Shown: piece after piece, positions 24,867 to 33,456 of the stretch | Layout of the letters: every line of letters starts with the position of its first letter | Numbering within the stretch: the first letter of the stretch is position 1 | DNA from: Deltaproteobacteria bacterium | Lineage (GTDB): Bacteria > Myxococcota_A > UBA9042 | Length of the DNA stretch: 64,000 nucleotides | Assembly: GCA_016875335.1 (NCBI GenBank) | Contig: VGRO01000003.1 | Span: 10,343 to 74,342, forward strand | Direction of reading: 5' to 3' | Notes under the pieces: model-generated | The model's database searches: none | Seen by the model: only the letters and a program-made list of their open reading frames with translations | What the model was told of the DNA's origin: nothing | Position numbers and translations under genes: made by a program

Positions 24867-25640
24867 TCACAGGTCCATCGCGCCTTCGGCCAAGCCGCGG
24901 ATGAACTGGTAGATGACCCCATCGCGGCTGTTGCGAAAGTCGGCCGGCGTGCCGTCGAGCCGCACATTGCCCTGATAGATCATGGCGATGCGGTCGGCGA
25001 CGGTGAAGATCGAGCGCAGATCGTGGCTGACGACGATCGACGTCACGCCTTGCTCGTCGCTCAACTGGCGAATCAGCCGGTCGACGTTGGCGGCGGCCAG
25101 CGGGTCCAGGCCCGTCGTGGGTTCGTCGAAGATGACGAAGTCCGGGTCCAGGGTCAGGGCCCGCGCGATCGCCACGCGCTTGCGCAGGCCGTCGCCAATG
25201 TCGCTCGGAAAGCGGTTGGCCATGTGGTCCATCTGCACGCGCCGCAAGAAGCCGATCGCGGCGTCGTGGGCCTGCCTGTGGTTGAGATCCTTGTGCTTGC
25301 GCAGCGGCAGCATCACGTTCTCGACCAGCGACATGGAGTCGAAGAGCGTCGAGTGCTGGAACACCATCGCGCAGCGCATGCGCACTGGGTAGAATTCCTT
25401 TTCGCTCAGGTGGGTGATGTCGCGGCCGTCGAGCAGCACTTGGCCGGCGTCCGGTTGGATGAGGCCGACCAAGTGCTTGACCAGCACGCTTTTGCCGGCG
25501 CCCGACAGACCCACGATGAACAGGATCTGCCCTTTGTCGACGACCAGCGACACGTCCTTTAGAACGTGCTTGCTGCCGAAGGCCTTGCTGATGTTGCGGA
25601 ATTCGATCAATGCTCGGACCCTGGGCCCATGGGGTGCCAT
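24867..25640 (-). CDS. ABC transporter ATP-binding protein, MlaF-like
   Basis: Walker A is GLSGAGKS, the ABC signature is LSGGMRKRVAIARAL-like (GLRKRVAIARAL), Walker B is DEPTTGLD and the H-loop is VSHD. No permease gene lies between it and the MCE gene. Confidence 0.85.
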   Translation of the reverse strand: MAPHGPRVRALIEFRNISKAFGSKHVLKDVSLVVDKGQILFIVGLSGAGKSVLVKHLVGLIQPDAGQVLLDGRDITHLSEKEFYPVRMRCAMVFQHSTLFDSMSLVENVMLPLRKHKDLNHRQAHDAAIGFLRRVQMDHMANRFPSDIGDGLRKRVAIARALTLDPDFVIFDEPTTGLDPLAAANVDRLIRQLSDEQGVTSIVVSHDLRSIFTVADRIAMIYQGNVRLDGTPADFRNSRDGVIYQFIRGLAEGAMDL

Positions 25641-25724
25641 GCCCGTGGCCGCGCGCTAGCATAGCCGGCCGCAGCGGCGGCGGAAATTGCTCGCCCGCCG
25701 CATCCACCGGGAGCAGCCAAGGCC

Positions 25725-26066
25725 GTGTCGCGCGAGGAACTCATCGAAAGGTTGGACGACCTGCTGCACGATCTGGGCAAGCACCTGCTCTTGCCCGTGG
25801 CGCTGCTGCCGGCCACCGCGACGGCCGACGACCTGCGGGCCGCCATCGCAGCGGGGCTCCGCCAAGTGGCGGCGTGGCACGCGTTTCAGGCAGCCGGAGC
25901 GGCGGCGTTGGCCAACGACACCGGTTTCCGGCGGGTCCAAGCCACCGTGGCGGCGGCCTTGGTCTGGGCGGATGCGGTCGACGTGGACCGCGCCCAGGTC
26001 CAGGCGGATTTCGCGGCGGTCGGTCAGGCCGTGCGGGCCTGGCGCTTGCAGGTGGCCGGTGACTGA
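25725..26066 (+). CDS. hypothetical Ala-rich 113-aa protein; first gene of a translationally coupled regulatory operon
   Basis: It has a GTG start with GGAG about 11 nt upstream. Its stop TGA overlaps the GTG of the downstream sigma-54 activator as GTGA. I recognise no domain. Confidence 0.45.
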   Translation: MSREELIERLDDLLHDLGKHLLLPVALLPATATADDLRAAIAAGLRQVAAWHAFQAAGAAALANDTGFRRVQATVAAALVWADAVDVDRAQVQADFAAVGQAVRAWRLQVAGD

Positions 26067-27699
26067 GCGGCGGTCCGACCCAGTCCGGGTGCTGCTGGTC
26101 GATGACGGCCCGCGCTACCAGCAGACCCTGGCCGCCCTGGACAACGTACAGTTGCTGTCCATCGACGGGCAGTTGCGTGCGCCCGACGGCAAGGCTGCGC
26201 TGGACTGGCTCGACGGCCGCCGCGCAGAGGTCGACGTGGTGTTGCTCGACGTGCAGTTCGAGGTGCCAGACGATCGCCTGTTGCCGCTGGAGGTCGGGGC
26301 GTCGCCGCGCAAGACCCGCCGGTTCCAGGGCGTCGCCATCCTGCGCGAGATCCGCCGACGCTGGCCGGACCTGCCGGTGGTCTTGCTGACCGAATGGCAG
26401 GACCTTTCGCTGGCCGACGCCGCCGCCGACGTCTCGGCCACGCCGGTCACCTACTTCGCGGGCGCGGTGGACGCCGACACCTTGCGCATCCGGATCTGGT
26501 CGGCGCGCGCCGAGGCCACGCAACCGCTCGAAGACCAGGGGGTATTGTGGGGGCGGGACCCCGCGATGCGCGCCCTGCGCCACCGCCTGGCCGTGCTGGC
26601 GCGCGGCGGCCTGCCGATCGTGCTCGAAGGCGAGACCGGCACGGGCAAGTCGCACCTGGCGCGTGCGTTCATCCATCCGAACAGTGGCCGGCGTGGGCCC
26701 TTCGTGGCAATCGACCTCGCGACGGTGCCCGCCGAGTTGGTGCCCGCCACGCTCTTTGGCGCGCTGCGCGGCAGCTATACCGGGTCGGTGGCCGACCGCA
26801 AGGGAGCCTTTGAGGTCGCCCACAAGGGCACGCTGTTTCTCGACGAAATCCAGAATGTCCCGCTCGACATCCAAAAGCAGCTTTTGCGCGTCTTGCAGGA
26901 GGGCCGCGTGCAGCCCCTCGGCGCAGTGGCCGAGACCGAGGTCGACGTCAAGCTGGTGGTCGCCGCCAATGTGGCCCTTGCCGATCTCGTGGCGGCGGGG
27001 CGCTTCCGGCGCGACTTGTACATGCGGTTGTCGCCAGCGACCCGGGTGACAGTGCCGGCCTTGCGCGATCGGCGCCAGGACTACGCTTTGCTGTTGCGCC
27101 AGCTGACCGCCGCATGCGCCGAGCGGCCGGCTGTCCGGGCGTTGCTCGGCGAAGTCGCCAGCGGCATGGGCTTGCGTCGCGGGGCGGGCTTGCGGCTGGT
27201 GGTCGGCGCGGATATGCGCCATCCGCCAGCGGGCGACGCGCTCGAATTGGCGATGCCGGACGCCGCGTGGCGGGCGATCACCCAGCATCCATTCCCCGGC
27301 AATCTGCGCGAGATGGCCATGTTGGCCGAGAACCTCGCCAGCTTCACGTTGTTTTCTGCCGCCGAAGCCGCGCGGGCCGGGGTCGAACTGCACCACGGCC
27401 GCCTGCAAATCGATAGCGGTCTGGTCGTTGAACTGCTGAGCACGGCGCCGGCCGTCGAGGCGGTTGCGCCCGTCGATGACCGTGTGCCCGTGCGCGTGGC
27501 GCCGGCAGCGACCTTGGGTCAGTGCGCAGTCGCCGTCGAGCGCCAGGTCATGGAAGCGCTTTTCGTCCGCTGTCGCGGCGACCTCGGGGCGATGGCCGAA
27601 CTGCTGCTTGGCGACCGCGGCCGGGCCCGGGCCGTCCAACTGCGGCTGAACCAGTTGGGGTTGAGCGTGCGCCATCTGCGCGCCGACGGCGATCGATGA
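26062..27699 (+). CDS. sigma-54-dependent transcriptional activator (receiver, AAA+ sigma-54 interaction domain, Fis-type HTH) with a variant GAFTGA loop
   Basis: The receiver is VRVLLVDDGP...VDVVLLDVQF. The AAA+ core is LEGETGTGKSHLARAFH, GTLFLDEIQNVPLDIQKQLLRVLQEG and the arginine finger DLYMRLS. The C-terminal HTH is ERQVMEALFVRCRGDLGAMAELLLGDRGRARAVQLRLNQLGL. The canonical GAFTGA reads GSYTGS here. Confidence 0.85.
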   Translation, partial: TERRSDPVRVLLVDDGPRYQQTLAALDNVQLLSIDGQLRAPDGKAALDWLDGRRAEVDVVLLDVQFEVPDDRLLPLEVGASPRKTRRFQGVAILREIRRRWPDLPVVLLTEWQDLSLADAAADVSATPVTYFAGAVDADTLRIRIWSARAEATQPLEDQGVLWGRDPAMRALRHRLAVLARGGLPIVLEGETGTGKSHLARAFIHPNSGRRGPFVAIDLATVPAELVPATLFGALRGSYTGSVADRKGAFEVAHKGTLFLDEIQNVPLDIQKQLLRVLQEGRVQPLGAVAETEVDVKLVVAANVALADLVAAGRFRRDLYMRLSPATRVTVPALRDRRQDYALLLRQLTAACAERPAVRALLGEVASGMGLRRGAGLRLVVGADMRHPPAGDALELAMPDAAWRAITQHPFPGNLREMAMLAENLASFTLFSAAEAARAGVELHHGRLQIDSGLVVELLSTAPAVEAVAPVDDRVPVRVAPAATLGQCAVAVERQVMEALFVRCRGDLGAMAELLLGDRGRARAVQLRLNQLGLSVRHLRADGDR

Positions 27700-30473
27700 C
27701 CGGCGGCCTCGTGCTGTGGTCGTGGCTGGCGGTGGCGCCGATGACCCTGCCGGATGCCGCAACAGCGCTTTGCGCTGCGGTGCCCGATGATCCCGCAGCG
27801 AGCAGGGCCCTGGCGGCAACCCTGCTGGCCAAGGCCCGTGCCTTGCGCGAGGGCCGCGACATGGCGCGCGCTGCTGCCGCGCTGCGTCTGGCGGTGGCCG
27901 TGTGGACCAAGGATGCGGCCGCTTGGCACGAATTGGCGCAGCTCGAAGCCCAGTTGGGCCAGCCAGCTGCCGCAGAGGCCGCCTGGCGGCAGGCTGTGGC
28001 GGCGCAACCTGAGTTCGCGTTGGCCCGCCTCGCCTTCGCTGAATGGTTGGCCCAGCGCGGCCAAGGCGGCGACCTCGACCTTGCCGCCGAACTGCTGCGG
28101 CGAGCGCAGCGAGAACCGGGCGCCTCCTGCCTGTCCGCGCGCGTCGCCGCGTTGCGCGGTCAGTGCGACGACGCCGACCGGTCGTGGCAGGACTGCGCGC
28201 GCAATCCGCCGCGCAAGCCGAACCGCCCGCCGGTCGTCGAAGTACACCTGGCGCGCGGGCGCTGCCGGTTCGCCCGCGGGCAATACGACGCGGCCGAGGC
28301 GGACTGGGAACTGGCCGGCGCCGCCGGCGCCGACATCTCAGCCCAGCTTGCGCTTTTGGCAGAGGCGCGACGCAAGGTGGCCGTCGAGGCGCAGCCGGAG
28401 ATGCGCAAGGCCATGGCCACAGTCACCGAGTTGGCGCGTTCGGTCCTGCACGGCCTCGACCGCGGCCAGGAGCCGCCGGACCAGGGCTTGGCGCGCGCCG
28501 TCGCGGCGGCTCCAGCCGTGGGTATCGGCCACATCGCCCTGGGCGAACTTGCAGCCCGGCAAGGCCGGTTCGATCGCGCCGAACTGCATCTGCTGCGAGC
28601 GCTCGCTCTGCCGCTTGCCGATCTCGACCGCGGCCGCGCGCTGCGGGCGCTCGCCCGCCTGTGCGCCAGCGCGCAACCCGCGCCGCGGTGGGCCGAAGCT
28701 GCCGCCTTCTGGTCTGCCGCCGCGCCGATCGATGAGCTGCCGCGTGCCGACGAACTGGCGTGGTTGGAGGCGCTGCGCCGCACCGGTCAGTTGCGCGCGG
28801 CCCTGCGGCTGGCGACGCGTCTGTTGGCGCGCGCCGTCGACGGCGACGATCCGGCCGCTTCGGACTCGCTGCGCGAACTGCGCGCGCACAAGTTGGCGCT
28901 CGAATTGGCCGGGGGCACGACGATCGACGATCCGGTGGCCGCCCTGCCCGCGACCCACCCGGCGGCGCCCATCGACAGGGCCCGCGCCCTGGCCCGCGGC
29001 GACCGGTTGGCCGACGCCATCGCCGTCGTGCGCGCCGCGCTGCGCGACGGTCCGGCGCAGGCGGAATTGTGGCGCGATCTCGCCCACTACCAGCGGGCGG
29101 TCGGCGACGTGGATGCGTCGGTGGAGTCGCTGACGCGATCCCTCGAGGTGCGCGAGGCACAAGGGCCGGTGCACTGGACGCTGGGACGCTGGCTGATGGA
29201 TGCGGGCGACGATCGGACTGCGCTGCGCCATGTCCGCCGCGCCGAGTCCTTGGGGGTCGCAGCGGCTGTGCCAGTTGCCGTGCGCGCCGACCTCGACGAC
29301 CGTGCGCTGACGGGATGGGTGGGCCGCTTGGCCGATCGCGCGACGCTTGCCGCGCTGATCGCCCGCCTCGACCGGTGGGAGGCGCGCGCCCGCGCCGACC
29401 CGAATGTTGCCGATCGCGCCGCCGATGTCACAGAACTGCGTGCGGCTATCGCTGCGGAGCAGCGTCTTGCGGTCGCTGGCCAGGCGGCGCTGGCACTGGT
29501 GCTGGCCGCCGTCGGCGCCTGGGCGGCTTGGCGGCGTTGGGGTGGTGCGACGTTGCGCACGCTGGTGGCCGAGCATCCCGACACCGGCCCCGAGGTCCAG
29601 CGCATCGTCGCGGCCGTGCGCCATGAAGTCATCAAGCACAATACCTTGCGGCTCGGGGCAGCCGTGGAGGCGCTGGGTGCCGGCGACCGGGGCGCGGCGC
29701 TAGAGATCATCTACCAGATCGCCGGTCGCACCGACTCGCCGCGCGACAAGCTCGAGGACTACGCGGCGCAACTGGACCGCATCGGCAGGGCACGCGGGGT
29801 GCGACTGAACCTGCGCCGCCGCGACCCTACCTTCGCCGCGCTGTTTGCGGGCTTTGAGCTGCTCGGCGGCGCCATCACCGCGTTGACGAGGACGAGCCCA
29901 TGGCCGGTTGAGCGCCGCGGCCACGTGGACCGCCGGCTGCGCGCCGCCATGCGCATGTTGAACGCCAACGGCTACGCCGCGACGGCCACGTTGCTCGACA
30001 GCATGCGGCTCGTTCGGGTCGACGCCGTACTGCTGCGCGCAGCCTGCGATCAGGTGTGCGCCGAATCCGCGCAGGCGAGTGGGGCGATGACGCCGGTGGC
30101 CCTCGAAATCCACGTCGCCGATCTGTGGGTGGCGGCGCCGCGTTCCGCACTCAACGAGATCGTGGTCAACCTGGTGCGCAACGCGGTCCAAGCCACCCGC
30201 GACGGCGTGGCCGTCACCGTGGACGTGGACATTGCGCCGATCACTGCCCTGGAATCGGTGGTCGTCGCCGTGCGCGATCGTGGGCCGCCGTTGGCCGCGT
30301 CGGCGGTTGCACAACCCCAAGCTGATCACGGTCTTGGCCTGGTGCTCGCGCTGGTCGACCGCCATGGTGGGGCCCTCGAGGTCACGCCCGCGCCCGCGCC
30401 GTGGACCAAAGCGGTGGCGGTCCGCCTGCCGCGCGCCTACCCTACCGCCATGGAACCGTTGGCCGCGCTGTGA
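27696..30473 (+). CDS. TPR-repeat protein with a C-terminal histidine-kinase-type ATPase (HATPase_c) domain; putative sensor kinase
   Basis: The ATG overlaps the upstream stop as ATGA. There are about 600 aa of Ala/Leu-rich TPR-like repeats (AWHELAQLEAQLGQPAAAEAAWRQAVAAQPEFALARLAFAEWL...). The C-terminus carries the N-box IVVNLVRNAVQA and a G-box/D-box ...DRGPP...GLGLVLALV. No canonical HisKA H-box was identified. Confidence 0.75.
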   Translation: MTGGLVLWSWLAVAPMTLPDAATALCAAVPDDPAASRALAATLLAKARALREGRDMARAAAALRLAVAVWTKDAAAWHELAQLEAQLGQPAAAEAAWRQAVAAQPEFALARLAFAEWLAQRGQGGDLDLAAELLRRAQREPGASCLSARVAALRGQCDDADRSWQDCARNPPRKPNRPPVVEVHLARGRCRFARGQYDAAEADWELAGAAGADISAQLALLAEARRKVAVEAQPEMRKAMATVTELARSVLHGLDRGQEPPDQGLARAVAAAPAVGIGHIALGELAARQGRFDRAELHLLRALALPLADLDRGRALRALARLCASAQPAPRWAEAAAFWSAAAPIDELPRADELAWLEALRRTGQLRAALRLATRLLARAVDGDDPAASDSLRELRAHKLALELAGGTTIDDPVAALPATHPAAPIDRARALARGDRLADAIAVVRAALRDGPAQAELWRDLAHYQRAVGDVDASVESLTRSLEVREAQGPVHWTLGRWLMDAGDDRTALRHVRRAESLGVAAAVPVAVRADLDDRALTGWVGRLADRATLAALIARLDRWEARARADPNVADRAADVTELRAAIAAEQRLAVAGQAALALVLAAVGAWAAWRRWGGATLRTLVAEHPDTGPEVQRIVAAVRHEVIKHNTLRLGAAVEALGAGDRGAALEIIYQIAGRTDSPRDKLEDYAAQLDRIGRARGVRLNLRRRDPTFAALFAGFELLGGAITALTRTSPWPVERRGHVDRRLRAAMRMLNANGYAATATLLDSMRLVRVDAVLLRAACDQVCAESAQASGAMTPVALEIHVADLWVAAPRSALNEIVVNLVRNAVQATRDGVAVTVDVDIAPITALESVVVAVRDRGPPLAASAVAQPQADHGLGLVLALVDRHGGALEVTPAPAPWTKAVAVRLPRAYPTAMEPLAAL

Positions 30474-30946
30474 CCCCTCCCACCGTGATGATCGCCGAAG
30501 ATGGCGACGAATACCTCGAGACGCTGGGCCGCATGGGCGGCGAATTCAGCTGGCTGCAAGCCAAGAGTGCCAGGGTCGCTGTCGAGTTGGTTGGCCGACA
30601 CCCGGTGACCTGTGCGGTCCTCGACATGCGGTTCGACCGCGTGGCGCGCGGCGACCTTGCCGGCGATTTCACGGCTGCGCTGCGGCAGGTCGGCGGCGAT
30701 TCCGAGCGGGCGTGGCGCTATCTGGCCCAGCACCAAGGCCTTTTCGTCCTGGCGGCCTTGCGCGCGGCCGGCTGGCGCGGCCCGGGGCTCATCGCCTACG
30801 ATTTCACCCGCGAACTGCGGCGGTTCGAGGCGCTGCGCAGCCAATACGCGCCGCTGGACTGGATCGGCGACGACGCGACGGCCGCGGCGTGGCGCAAGAA
30901 GTTGGCCGCAGCTTGCGGCATCGCCACCGAGGAGGTCTTGTCGTGA
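30470..30946 (+). CDS. single-domain response-regulator receiver (CheY-like, no output domain)
   Basis: The GTG overlaps the kinase stop as GTGA. MIAEDGDEYLETL is the acidic pocket, VTCAVLDMRF holds the putative phospho-Asp, and a conserved Ala/Tyr region follows. Confidence 0.7.
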   Translation: MTPPTVMIAEDGDEYLETLGRMGGEFSWLQAKSARVAVELVGRHPVTCAVLDMRFDRVARGDLAGDFTAALRQVGGDSERAWRYLAQHQGLFVLAALRAAGWRGPGLIAYDFTRELRRFEALRSQYAPLDWIGDDATAAAWRKKLAAACGIATEEVLS

Positions 30947-31353
30947 CCCCCGAATGCATCCATCACCTCGGCATCGTCGTGCGCGATCTCGACCAGGGCC
31001 TCGCGGTGTGGCGCGACGGTCTCGGCTTGGCGGTCGAGCGCATCGTCGAACTGCCCGACCGCGGGCTCAAGATTGCGTTCCTGCCCTGTGGTCCGACCAC
31101 CATCGAACTCATCGCGCCGCTGCACGACCACAGCGAGGTGAGCAAGTTCCTGTACGAGCGCGGTGGCGGCTTGCACCACGTGTGCCTGCAAGTGCCGGAC
31201 ATCGCGGCGGCCAGCGCGCAGGCCGCGGATCATGGCCTGCGCATGCTGGGCGATGGACCCAAGCCAGGCGCAGAAGGCTTTCCGGTCCGTTTCGCACACC
31301 CCAAGACGACCGCCGGGGCCCTGGTCGAACTGTTGGAAACGACGAATGGCTAG
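30943..31353 (+). CDS. methylmalonyl-CoA epimerase-like VOC (glyoxalase I fold) enzyme
   Basis: The GTG overlaps the upstream stop as GTGA. HHLGIVVRDLDQGLAVWRDGLGLAVERIVELPDRGLKIAFLPCGPTTIELIAPL...GGGLHHVCLQVPDIAAASAQAADHGLRML closely follows the MCE consensus (HIGIAV.DLD...G.K.AFL..G.T.IEL..P....S....FL...G.GLHHI). Confidence 0.75.
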   Translation: MTPECIHHLGIVVRDLDQGLAVWRDGLGLAVERIVELPDRGLKIAFLPCGPTTIELIAPLHDHSEVSKFLYERGGGLHHVCLQVPDIAAASAQAADHGLRMLGDGPKPGAEGFPVRFAHPKTTAGALVELLETTNG

Positions 31354-31356
31354 CGT

Positions 31357-33426
31357 TCAGTCGGCGTCCGCCGCCGGCACGTTCGGCGCGGACTCTGCGG
31401 CCGATTCGCTGGGCTGCGTTCCGTAGAGCGAGGCGGCCATGCGCGCCTGGACCTCGCCGTGGCTCAAGTGCCGGCGCTGGACCAGGAACTGCGGCCAGAA
31501 CTTGTGTGGCGTCGCCCGAGCGCCCTTGCCGATGCCGGGCTGGTGGCGCAGCGCCCGCTCGATCAGCCGCGCAGCGTTGTCGCGCCAAGGGGCCGGCATC
31601 GCCAGCGCCTGCACCAGGGGGCCCAGGCGACCCGCGCCCAGGTCCACGCCATGGCGGGCGAAGCCGTCGCGCACCACTTCGGCGAGGCTGACGTCCGCGC
31701 CGAGGCGATCGAAGAACTGCGACCAGAGGGCCTTCTCTGCGGCGGGGTCGAGCGGTTGGTCCGGCGACAACTGCGGCACTCCCGCACCGTTCAGGGCCAC
31801 GAGGTCGGTCGTGACGTGAGCGGTGGCGCGCTCCAACAACTGCCGTGCGGCGTCCCGCACGGGCGCCTCGGCATCGTCCAACAGCGCCACGGCGGCGCGC
31901 GCGGCCGGCAACGTCGGGTCGTCGGTCAGCAGTTGGACGGCCACCTTGCGCACCGTGACGTCGGGCGTTGTGACGTCGCCCGTAGGGGCCGGCAGGGTAC
32001 GCCGATCACCGAAGGCCGCGGCAAGCGCATCCGACGCCCGCAGCCGGCCCAGCCCGAGCAGCATTTGCGCGGCCGCCAATGCCGCGGTTTCCTTGCGCAG
32101 CGCCTCGCCCAGCAACGCCGCGGCGTCCGCACGGTCCCAGTCGGCCAGGACGCGAGCCGCCTCCGCGCGCACCAGTGCCGAACGATCCTGCAATGCGTGG
32201 GCGACCTTGGCGTACCCTTCACCGTCGCGGTACAGGCCGATCAGGTACACCGCATCGGCGCGCGCATGCGCCTCGTCGCCCTCCACGGTCCGCCGGATGG
32301 CCTCCAACCGCGCACGCACGCCGGCCGGGTGGCCCCAAGCGGATTGGGGCGCCCGCGAGGCGTCGACGCACCCCTGCTCGCGATCGGCGGCCGAGCAGCC
32401 GATGCGCACATGCACGTGGTCGTTGTGCGGCATCGCCTTCTTGGGCTGGTGCACCTTGGCCGCGACCCGGGCGATGACCTTCTTGTCCACCTTGTGCTTG
32501 GCGGCGTAGTGCAGCGCTGGCCAACTGAGCCAACTGGCGATGAAAAGGTACTGCAGCTCGTCGCCCGAGCACTCGACCAGCGATCGCAGCAACGTCCAGT
32601 TCGCGGCGACATCGAAGGTGAGGGGCTCCGGCGCGTCGGTGGACTGGCCGCTTTGGTCAAAGTGGTAGAGGCGGGCCATGTCGGCCGGCCGGCCCAGGGC
32701 GTCGAGCGCGTAGAACGCGACATCGGCGTCGCGGCCATTGTGGTGCGACACGCTCCACGGCAGCGGTCCGCCGGCCTGTCGCGACAGATTGCCCAATTGC
32801 AGCACCCGCCCCGGGTGCTCCTTGGCGACGCGCTCGGCCGCGCACAGCAGCACATCGGCCATTGCGCGGGTCGTGAAGCGGGTGTTGCGCGGAGCGACCT
32901 TTTCCATGATCCGGTGGTGCGCCCCCGTCTGCGTCACTTCCACGGCCTCGGCGATGTAGCCCGCAGTGACGGTGCCGACACTGGCCGACCCGCCGCGCTC
33001 GCTGCCAATCCGCGGGTGTCGGCGGACGCCGAGCGGCATCACCCACGGGTCCAGGCCCGCCTCGGATTCGCGGCGGCCGCGGCGCATCAGTGGTTCGGCG
33101 ACGCGGAGTTCGCCGTCCGATTCGTACGCATGGGTGGGTTCGACCGGGCCCTGGGGCCCGAGTGCGGCGGGCGCCGCGGCCATCAACGGCGGCGTCGTCG
33201 GCGCGGGCGAGGGCCGCGGTTCCAGCGCAGCACAGGTCGTCACCAGCGGGATTGCTGCTGCAAGCACGGCGGCGCGGCGCCCGGCGATCGCCTGGAGCCA
33301 CTGCTGGCTGCGACTCAATGAAACCTGCGGGGGCATCGGCGGCCGAAAAGCGCAGGGCAGGGCGCCCCGCCGCAATCTAGCAAATCCAACGCAACGGTCG
33401 AATTTGCCGCGCTGGCAGCGACGCAC
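31357..33426 (-). CDS. secreted MepA-like (peptidase M74) murein endopeptidase fused to a C-terminal HEAT-repeat domain
   Basis: The M74 zinc-ligand motifs are SVSHHNGRDADVAFY and HNDHVHVRIGC. The N-terminus has a signal-peptide-like hydrophobic stretch (AAVLAAAIPLVTTCAAL). The C-terminal about 300 aa contains repeated helical pairs (ALVRAEAARVLADW, APVRDAARQLLERA) typical of HEAT repeats. Confidence 0.7.
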   Translation of the reverse strand: MRRCQRGKFDRCVGFARLRRGALPCAFRPPMPPQVSLSRSQQWLQAIAGRRAAVLAAAIPLVTTCAALEPRPSPAPTTPPLMAAAPAALGPQGPVEPTHAYESDGELRVAEPLMRRGRRESEAGLDPWVMPLGVRRHPRIGSERGGSASVGTVTAGYIAEAVEVTQTGAHHRIMEKVAPRNTRFTTRAMADVLLCAAERVAKEHPGRVLQLGNLSRQAGGPLPWSVSHHNGRDADVAFYALDALGRPADMARLYHFDQSGQSTDAPEPLTFDVAANWTLLRSLVECSGDELQYLFIASWLSWPALHYAAKHKVDKKVIARVAAKVHQPKKAMPHNDHVHVRIGCSAADREQGCVDASRAPQSAWGHPAGVRARLEAIRRTVEGDEAHARADAVYLIGLYRDGEGYAKVAHALQDRSALVRAEAARVLADWDRADAAALLGEALRKETAALAAAQMLLGLGRLRASDALAAAFGDRRTLPAPTGDVTTPDVTVRKVAVQLLTDDPTLPAARAAVALLDDAEAPVRDAARQLLERATAHVTTDLVALNGAGVPQLSPDQPLDPAAEKALWSQFFDRLGADVSLAEVVRDGFARHGVDLGAGRLGPLVQALAMPAPWRDNAARLIERALRHQPGIGKGARATPHKFWPQFLVQRRHLSHGEVQARMAASLYGTQPSESAAESAPNVPAADAD

Positions 33427-33456
33427 CGGTGCCGCCCTTGGTTCACGCCGAAGCGA

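Noticed and set aside
25741-27819. 692-aa minus-strand ORF
   Set aside because: It is antisense to the sigma-54 activator, which has canonical AAA+ motifs. It has no domains and is Arg/Pro-rich.
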